From: Azolla caroliniana
Lineage: Eukaryota > Plantae > Polypodiophyta
DNA: 64,000 bases
Assembly (NCBI GenBank): GCA_043228905.1
Contig: JBHGNT010000002.1
Location: 1,426,001-1,490,000, forward strand
Direction: 5' to 3'
The first letter of the stretch is position 1; each line of letters opens with the position of its first letter. This document shows positions 37,515 through 46,789 of the stretch, one piece after another. A program made the position numbers and the translations under genes. Below the pieces are notes generated by a model. That model ran no database searches and was not told the origin of the DNA. It worked only from the letters and a program-made list of their open reading frames with translations.

Positions 37515-37775
37515 CCGGTTCTCACCGGGTCTGTACCACTCGGCTCTCCGTAGCCGGGTATTCCTCATCCGGTCTTCACCGGGTCTGTATCATCCGGCTC
37601 TCCGTAGCCGGGTACTCCTCATCCGGTTCATACCGGGCCTATATCATCCGGCTCTCCGTAGCCGGGTACTCCTCATCCGGTTCACACCGGGCCTGTATCA
37701 TCCGGCTCTCCGTAGCCGGGTACTCCTCATCCGGTTCACACCGGGCTTGTATCATCCGGCTCTCCGTAGCCGAGT
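37515..37775. repeat. 54-bp CCGG-rich tandem repeat in U3 of copia E LTRs (5 units here, 4 units at ~32700-32905)
   Basis: Unit CCGGTTCACACCGGGCCTGTATCATCCGGCTCTCCGTAGCCGGGTACTCCTCAT. Confidence 0.92.
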
Positions 37776-39479
37776 TTGTTCATTGGCACTGTTCTTCTTC
37801 CTTCCCATCCGGAGGGACCTATTTCCCAACAAGTCGAAGGTTATACTGACTCCGACTATGTCGGAAATACGGACAATCGGAAGTCAACATCAAGCTATGT
37901 CTTCACCTATGGTGGCGGTGTCATATCATGGAGGTCGAAGCTTCAAGAGTGCATGACCTTGTCTACCACAGAGGTTGAGTACATAGCAGCATCAGAGGCA
38001 ACGAAGGAAGCTATCTGGTTGCACCGACTGCCAACTGACTTCTCGGCTACATGACAAATCGACAATCCGGTGCTGACCATCTATTGCAACTCATAGAGCA
38101 CAATACACCTCATCAGGAATCCAGTCTATCATGCGAAGAAGAAACACATTGAGGCGCGGTTCCATCATATCCCGGAGCTCGTAATAGAGAAGAAGCTCGG
38201 AGTTCGGAAGATCGAAACCGAGGTAAACATCATTGATTTCCTGACGAAGCCACTCCCAAAACAACGCTTCAAAGCACCAAGGACAAAGATGGGACTACGA
38301 CAATCGATTGAGCAGAAGAGTGGTGAACGAGGAGCAGAAGGTAAGTCGAAGACTAGCCCAATCGAACGAGCTGAAAGGCAAAGTCCATAGAATCGGAATG
38401 TCAAGAGGTCGAAGATTCAGCACTAAGCGAGGATACTGACTGGAGAGGAACCGGCGAAGGACGAATGAACATGAAGACAAATCGAGGATCCAACGAGGAG
38501 CACAGGAGGAAGCATGAGTGGATAGTAGACGATTGACCCAAGGCCGAGAGTCTAAATCAGACATGAGCTGATCCAGACAAACAAGCCGATTCAAACAAAT
38601 CGATACGATCGACTCAGACAAGTCGACCTACTCTACATATTGCCCAGATGACTAGCCGAACTAGGTTAGATTTCGACATTGCTTTTGCAGATTCGGCCGA
38701 ATGCCGACAGACTTGTATGTATACTTGTAACTTAAGATTAGACTTGTAATCTAGGTTTACATGGGAGATAACCCCAAAATGAATTGTATACATAGAAATG
38801 AGTAGCCCTTTTATGGGGGATTTTGTTGGCATAAAAGGCCGACTCCTTCCACTTTGTATCCTAGTGTGAACACGTCTTCTAAGCTAGGGCTTGAGTATAT
38901 AAGCTCAACCCTAACATTGTAAACATATATCTCGGAGTGTAAGAGCTACAGAGAGAAAGAAGAAGAAGAACTTCCATTGAACCTCAGATATGAGTCTATT
39001 TGTCCGTTTCTCCTCTTGTCATGCATCTATGTTGTTTATTGTGCATAGCTCGACAGGTCCTCACACATTCTTCTGCATATCTACACATACACTTCTCATC
39101 ACCTATAATGGCAATGATGAAGATGATGATATGAAGGATATGACAAAGCTTTCAACCATCTCCAAAATGAAGGAATAATACATGCATCCAATTGAATTTA
39201 GTGAAGACACACACTTCCATGAATGTTTCTTGTTTAAATAAAAGAGTGCAACCTCATATGCATCTTGGTGTAGTTTTTTGGCTTGCTCTCAATCAATGCA
39301 CAAGACTTATCTAAAAGTATTTGTGCTTGTTGACTTTTGTTTGATACCATAAATTGTGTTGCAAACATATTATTTTCAAAATATTCACAATTTATATGTT
39401 GTGAGACCTGTCCATGTTGGTTATGTTTTTCCTTTACTTGTTTTGCTAGTTGTGCGTATGAAAAGAAGGAATAATGAAT

Positions 39480-39990
39480 TGCAATTTTTACGTTTTGGAT
39501 TATGCTAGATTGGTGCCTAACATGGTAGACATGGAGTTCTTACAAGTAGGTGATGCTCATAGGGTAAGAGTTGTGACTAGATCATATGATTGACTGGTTA
39601 ACTAACCTGAATCCACGAGATGTAAAAGGTGGATGGATTCTATAGGTGTTGGATAAGCAACCTTTGGTGTGGTTATTATGGGATCCTAGAGATTTTGTTT
39701 GGAAGGATCCATTTGCGTTGGACGGTAAAGTGATGAATTTTTTTCAACGCTTTGTAAAGTTAAGCACGCATATTATTCTTCATAAGAATTGTACACATTT
39801 TGCTATGCAATATTATTGTAATGCTCAAAGTATTCCTAACAATTTCTATGGGCCAATGTGGTGTAGAGTTCATTTCATAAATCCGTTTCTTCTTATGAGA
39901 TGGATTCCAATCATGCTTTCAGAATTAATCAATTGGATCTTAGCATTCTTGGAGTATCTAATGTTGGCTTGAATGTTGTTTTGAAATCAA
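39480..39990 (+). pseudogene. Possible highly decayed L1-like LINE ORF2 C-terminal fragment
   Basis: Residual HRVRVV..., PLVWLLWDPRDFVWKDP, FFQRFVKLSTHIILHK, recalled as resembling the distal part of plant L1 ORF2; no diagnostic catalytic motif. Confidence 0.3.
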
Positions 39991-41255
39991 AGGATTGTAG
40001 GATCAATTGTCACCAATTGCTATATAGTCTTTGTAAAGAATCAAGAGATGGATTCTGTGCAGCGGAATAGATATGAACTGTGTGTGTGTATGAGAGAGAG
40101 AGAGACAAGGAGTAAGACACAGAGAATACGCAAGGTAAAGTATATTAATAAAGGAGAAAGACTTAACGTTATACAAAGTGGGAGGAGGGTGCTTTATATA
40201 GTCACCCTCTCTCTTCATTAACTGCAAGACTCATGGAGCATGGGGAATGTGAAAGCTCATAAGTTATGTATCATAGAATATGATTCTATGAATCATACTA
40301 AATGCTAGAGTACAAAGTGGTGACATAATCGTGACTCTTGACCGTTGGAGTGTCTATTCACTCTCAAGGTGAGTTTTCACACTAGACCAAGTTGAGCTTG
40401 ATTCTCAACACGCCCCCTCAAGCTCAAGTAGGGTTGGTTTCAGACGGTATCCGAAATCCGCTTCGACTCCCATTTCGGAGTCCGCGTCGACTCGCATTTA
40501 TGCGGAGTTGCGGAATCCGTGCTCCAGCTTGCGTTGTGCGTAGTTGCGAAGTCTATGCTTCGGCTTGCGTCTTTCTTCGCGGCTTTGCGCGGTGTCGTGA
40601 AGAAAACCGTCCACAAGCGGAATCGGTGCATCGGAGCGTAGGAACCGGCTCTTCATGCACGTGCGTCTTATGTTGTACATAGAAGATCCTAGGTAGGTAG
40701 ATTCGGTAGGTAGGAAGTTAATGGGAAACGACTCCTTCCTTGCCTATAAAAGGAGGGAGATGAGGAGGAGATGGGATCGCGTAGTAAGAGAGGATGAAGT
40801 GCTGTCGGATTGTGGGCCGAAGGCTTCTCTCTCTTCCAAACTCCATAGCTTCTTTCTGTGCAGGTTTCGGGAGGCTCGCGTTGCTCCGAGGAAAGCCCGA
40901 GTGCTTCCGGCAACACCTCCAACCTACTCCTTTCTTTCTCTGCGTTTACGAACAGGCATCGGCATCTGTTCGCCGGCCTGTTCGATTGTAACCGACTTCG
41001 TGTTCCCGTTGTTTGTCTTTGTTAATACATACATACATTCGTGTCTCTCTGTGTCGCTGTCCCACTCGCGTCTTTGTGTCGAAGGGCCGTGTCCCTGTGG
41101 TTCTACGCTCGCATCTAGTGGGTCTCTTCCCTTCTCCTTTCTCTCTTGTTCTTCGGTACAAGACCCCCGAGGTCCCGCCTCATTCCACGCAACCACGAGG
41201 AATACCTCGACATCTTGGTGAACCCGACGTGAAAGAGGCGGCAGAAGAGCAGAAG

Positions 41256-43367
41256 ATGAAGGGGTCGGATCTTGCGGGGGCCATGGCTTCGGCCGTGGAT
41301 CGGATACTAAGCGCGCGCGAGGGCACCGGCGCCCTCGACAGAGCCATTGAGGTGGTCGTCGGTACGATCGGCCGGTTCAGCGGAAAGGATGCCATGAAGT
41401 ATTTGGCGTCCTACGGGGCAGAAATGCTGATGCGGGACATTCCGGAAGAGAGGCGTCTTGCCGGGTTCCCTCGAGTGGCGATGCCGAGCATCCATGCGGA
41501 GGTGCTCGAGGTACGGGCGGAGAGCCGTACCTGGGAGGAGTTCGAAGGCTGACTCCTAGAGAAATACGGGTTGGATGACGCGCTCTGGCTTTCGAAACGG
41601 GACTTCATGGAATGGGTGGAGTCCTCCGGCAAAGGAAGAAACGCGTCGGCACTCCTTCGGGAGTTTGAGGAACGCTTTGCGCGCCTCTTGGCGCTTGACC
41701 AAACCGTTCTGGATACGAGCCGGGTCCTACTGTTCGTCAAGTCGGTGGACGAGCGGGACCGGGATCAAGTCGGCTCCTTGCTAGAAACCGAAGACGGGCT
41801 GACGACCGACTGGACGGCGGTTAAGAGAGTATGTGGCCGTTTCGACAAACGGCGAGAATGGGCTGACAACGGGGCGGCTGGTGCGGGCTCTGTCACAGCA
41901 AGGAGGCTTGAACCGGCACCGCAAGGGCGAAGGGAAGAAACCCTGGAATGGCTCGAAACCAGTCCGGCTTCGACCGGCATGGTTAGTGGCTCGTCCGGAG
42001 GAACAGCGCTGGAGGAGTTGACGCGGGCGATAAAGGATCTCCAGATCGCCCAGACTCGAAGGGAAGGCGGCGAACCGGCTCGTGACCGACGGCCGGTAGC
42101 AGGGAACAGGTGTATGTGGTGCGAGGAGGTCGGCCACATCCGGAAGGACTGCGGCGATTTCGCAGAAGCGTTGAGGAACCGGGTGGTGTACCTGTGGGAA
42201 GGCCGGGTGCACGCCGGCGACACCAGAAGGGCCCTAAACCGAAACGACGGGCGAGGAGGAATGAAGAGACTGATGGAAGAGGCAGCGGCCCGACACGTGG
42301 AGGCCATTCACTACTTGGCGTCGGCTGGCATTCGGGTCGAGGGCAGCGAGGCCCGAAAGGAGGGCAAAGACGGATTCTGGTCGGCAATGCTGGGAGGTCT
42401 TGCCGGCGCACGGCTAAGGAAAGATGAAACGGACCGCGCTGAGAGACGGGTCCGGGATTTAACCGGGTGGAGCGATCCGGTCGAGGAGAAGACAGGCTTC
42501 GTAGAAGCCGCCTGCCGGAACTACGAGGCTCTGGTAGAAGACAAACGAGTGGGGAAAGCCGGAGCAGCCGGACCCTCACATCGGTACGAGACCCGATTCG
42601 GGCAACGACGGAACGATGCCGGTGGGTCCAGCTCGCAAGATAACCCCAGGAAGGGCGGATACCGACTGGGGACGGAAATAGAAAGGACTACGGACCTACG
42701 AAAGGTCCTAGAAGAACGAATCCTCGACAACAAAGTGGAGCTGTCATTGCGAGAGGTGCTAGGGATCGCCAAGAAGGAGTTCCACGACTCCATTGTGGAC
42801 CTGGTGAAATGGAAGAGGCTGTCGATGGAGACGGAACCGGAAAGACCGGTGGAGGTGCGGACGACGCACATCGACGACATGGCGCTGGAAGATGAGTGGG
42901 CGGAGAGCCACTATTCAAGGCCGCACTGGGCCCGAGCGACCACGGAGACCCCGGTAAAGATCGGGGATGTTCAGGAACCGGTGGTGGCATTGGTGGACCA
43001 CGGTTCGGAAATAAACCTGATGTCCATGGACTTCTATAAGAAGGGAAAGTGGCCGATCAACACCAAGCACGGGTGGAAGATACGGGTGGCGATGCGCGCC
43101 ACCGAGGAACTGCACGGGGCCTGCCCGAACGTGCGAGTCAAGATTGACCAGCACTTCTTCGTACAGGAGACGTCCTCGCACCCGGTCATATTAGGGGAAC
43201 CATACATCACGAAGGCGCGAATGGAGACCAAAGTGCTGGACAACGGTTCGGCCTACGCAAGGGTCAAAAGCCAGGACGGGCGCCATTCGGTCCAATTTCT
43301 GACGGTGCGACCGAACCACGAGCGAAACCGCGAATCCCTCGGTGGCGAGAACCGGGAGGATTTTTAG
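41256..43367 (+). pseudogene. P1 ORF1: Gag plus aspartic protease (one premature stop at 41550)
   Basis: CMWCEEVGHIRKDC knuckle; ALVDHGSEINLMS..VILGEPY protease; ends ...REDF*. Confidence 0.88.
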
Positions 43368-46300
43368 AGAGGGCTGCCAAGGCATGGGGCCGAGACAGTC
43401 CGGACACTCGGGAAAGACCCCACAGTTGTACGATAGGTAGAAAATTCTGCTTCTCCAACAACGGAGGGTGTATGATGGTCGGCATCATTGGCCGAGAAAG
43501 GGCAAGGGCGGAAGTGCGACTTCGAGCGTGCGGAGTTCTCGGCCTGAACGAGGAAATCAGTAGGGCCGTGGAGGTGGTCTCCTTCGACGACACCTTGGGG
43601 ATGCTGAGGAAGGTAGCCGGAGAGGACCTTAACGAAGACCGGATGATACCGGTATGTTCCGAAGAGATGTAAGAAGTCATCGCGAACTTCAGCCAGGGGC
43701 TCCGGTCGGATCGGACGGCCCGAGTTAGCACGAAGTACAAGACTGTGGACCGGAAGGTAAGGCCAGTCGCGGCACCCTTACCGGAGGGCAGCGAGTCCCG
43801 AATCAGAGGGGTTGCGTCGGACCCCAGTTTACGAGATCTGGCCTGCATAGGACACAACTTCACCGACGGGACGCTCCGGGAGCTCAAGATCGGTGGGGGC
43901 GGGTTCCTACTGCCGGCGGAGGAAGACCGGTTTCAGAGAATGCTCGGAAGGCACCGGAAAGCCTTCGCATTTTCGCCGGAAGAGATCGGGTGCGTAGACC
44001 CGACAATCATGGAGCCGATGGTGATATTCACGGTACCACATGTACCATGGAATCTCAAGCCGATTCCGGTACCGAGAGCTCACATCCCGAAGTTGATGGA
44101 GCTATTGAGGCAGAAAGTAGATATGGGCATTCTCGAACCGTCGAGTGCCCCATACTCGAACCGATGGTTTACCGTACCAAAGAAAAACGGAACAATGCGC
44201 TTCATTCAAGACCTGCAGCCGGTCAATAGAGTGACCATTCGGAACGCAGGAATCGGACCGACCATAGACGAGTTCGCGGAGGCCTTCGCCGGAAGGTCGA
44301 TTTACTCGGTCGGTGATCTATACTCGGGGTACGACCAATTCCAGCTAGCCGTGGAGAGTAGAGACATTACGACGATGCGAACTCCCCTCGGCCTAGTGCG
44401 AATGTGTACCCTGCCACAAGGAGGGACCAACTCGGTGGCCCACATGGTGAATGCAATGAACAAGGTACTGAGGGATTGCATCCCGGACATCACCATGCCA
44501 TTTTTGGACGACATCCCGATAAAGGGGTGCCCGGTGGAAGAGAAGGACGAGACAGTCGGGCCGGACGGATGCCGGCGATTCGTGGCAACACACATCGACG
44601 ACTGCGAGAAGGTGCTACAAAGGCTAGAGGATGCGAGGCTCACCTTCTCCGGGGAGAAATCGGCCTTCGGGCAATCAGAAATCCTGGTGGTCGGACACCT
44701 GTGTGGACCGTTTGGCCGGCAGCCGTCTCCGGCAAAAGTAGAAGCCATCTCCGCGATGAAGACCGACTGTAGCTCGGTTACGGAAGTTCGGAGGTTCCTG
44801 GGGGCATGCGCATTCTACCAGATATGGATCCCGCACTACGCCCACGTTGCGGAGCCGCTATACGGGTTGCTGAAGAAGGGGCGGAAATTCGAGTGGCGAG
44901 ACGAGCACACAGAGTCGGTCCGGAAGCTGAAGGAAGCTCTTGCGGCAGCACCGGCGCTCCGGAAGGCTGTCTACGAGAAGGGTACCCCGGTATACATAAC
45001 GGTGGATACGAGTCCGACCGGGATCGGATGGGTCGTCAACCAAGAAGACGAGGACGGCATTCGGTTCCCGATCCGATTCGGCGCGAAAGTCCTCAGTGAG
45101 CGACAACGAGGGTACGCCCAGGTTAAACGCGAACTCTAGGGTATCATTTCGGCAGTAAAGGCCGACAACGACTACCTGATCGGGACTGAAGTGATTATCG
45201 AGACGGATTGCCTGCCAATTCTCGGCATGGTTTCCGGATGCGCGACACCGGACCTGGTGATGCTCAGGTGGATAGCGTACATTAAGTCCTTGGATCCGGA
45301 AATACGACACATTTCCGGAAAGGACAACGCCATGGCCGACATGCTTTCGAGGGCGAGGTTTGATAACAAGGGCGGCATGGTTTCGGAGGACGAAGAAGTC
45401 GGCGTGGACTTCTTCGAGGCGGCGTATGTGACGACCGATGGGACGAGCACTCCAGATCGGTGGATTTTTGAGGACGATGACGCCGGATGCGTCATGGACG
45501 AAGGACGAGGCCAACCGGATCCGGAAGAAAGCTTACCGATTCTTTCTCCGGGACGGATACTTATGGAAGCACCCGAAGAAGAGGAGCGACGTCCCGCTCC
45601 GGGTGGTGGCGATGAAGAAAGAACAGGAGGAGCTGCTGACGGCCTACCACGACAGCCCTTGGGCCGGACACCGTGGAACGTGGGCCACGTTCAAGAAGAT
45701 AAAGGGGAAGTACTGGTAGCCGGGACTGTACCGGGACGTGCATCGGTTCGTGACAACTTGCGAGAGCTGTCAGATGCACTCCGTAGTCCGACATCGGGAC
45801 GAGCTTCACCCTACGTACCCTCCGACCATCCACTTCAAATGGATGGTAGACCTGGTGACGATGCCGATAGGAGTAGGACAGATGCGGTATCTGGTCCTGG
45901 CTCGGGAAGATCTGACGAACCAGGTGGAAGGCCGGGCCAATCAGAACAAGACGACTGCGGCCGTATGTCGGTTCCTGATCGAGGACGTGATATGCCGGTA
46001 CGGGTGCGTCGGGAAGATCGTGGCTGATCGCGGGGAGTTGGACGCCGAAGAGGCCGAGGAGTTGTTCGACCGGCTAGGAGTCAAGCTCTCGCTTACCACT
46101 GCGTACAATCCGGAGGCGAATGGGAAGGTGGAGCGCGGACACGGACCGATCGTCAAGGCATTAGTACGGGCATGCAGAGGTCAAGTCGGGAACTGGCCGC
46201 GGCTGCTGCCTTACGCGTTGTGGGCGGACCGAACTACGCACAGTTCGGTAACCGGATTCATGCCGGTAGAGCTCATGTTTGGGCAGAAGCCGATCATGTC

Positions 46301-46789
46301 GATGGAATGTACGATCTCCTCATGGGCCATCGTGGACTGGAGGGACGGGACGAGATGAGTAGGGAGGAACTGTTGGCGGTGCGCATACGGCAGATCGAGC
46401 GAAGACCGGAGGATGTAGAACAAGCTACGGAAAAGCTTCGGGTGGCAAGGACGAGGAACAAAGCCCGGTTCGACCGAACGCACTGGCTCCGACCGAAGAA
46501 GATCGAGGATGGCAACTGGGTGCTAGTCTACGACAACAGCCTCGACAACCAACACCGAGCAACACGGAAGTTCGCAAGAAGGTGGTTCGGGCCTTACGTA
46601 GTACAAAACGCCAACGACAACGGGACGTACCATCTGGCGGAACTCGACGGCACGAGAATGGCGATACCGGTAGCTTGGAAGCGGATCAAAGCGTTCAAGA
46701 AGTGTCACGACGACGGGCCGGATCCGGTTAACCTAGACTACGACAACGAACGATCCGAAACCGAGGAAGAACCGACGGGCGGGGAATGA
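43358..46789 (+). pseudogene. P1 ORF2: RT-RNase H-integrase, starting in the -1 frame (stops and frameshifts present)
   Basis: WFTVPKKNG..DLYSGYDQ..LPQGGTNS..PFLDD, TVDTSPTGIG..ETDC, GHRG..CESCQ, VADRGE..NGKVERGH, WFGPY. Confidence 0.9.

Larger units (their letters stand above)
32233..37831 (-). mobile_element. Copia E: full-length Tork-like element, close relative of A, inserted in the RNase H of B
   Basis: LTRs at 32233-32961 and 37049-37831 (about 9 substitutions plus one 54-bp repeat unit); TSD AGTCG on both sides; PBS TGGTATCAGAGC at ~37035-37046; PPT GGGGGAG. Confidence 0.96.
31577..38330 (+). pseudogene. Copia B RT/RNase H remnant (31577-32232 and 37837-38330, split by E)
   Basis: YGLKQ..WYQKFD, LILYVDDVLI, PYASAVGSIMYAMV, then EGYTDSDYVG..RKSTS..LSTTEVEYIAASEA..KHIEARFHHI. 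Confidence 0.88.
19675..39101 (+). mobile_element. Copia B: old degenerate Ty1/copia element hosting C, D and E
   Basis: ~277-bp LTRs at 19675-19951 and 38824-39101 (about 20 differences); TSD CCTAT on both sides; PBS TGGTATCAGAG at 19954; PPT ATGGGGGA. Confidence 0.93.

Noticed and set aside
41013-41255. Gag frame open upstream through the LTR and PBS in P1 and I (possible N-terminal extension)
   Set aside because: No ATG start, and in G the LTR-PBS spacer is one base longer, breaking the frame; not conserved.
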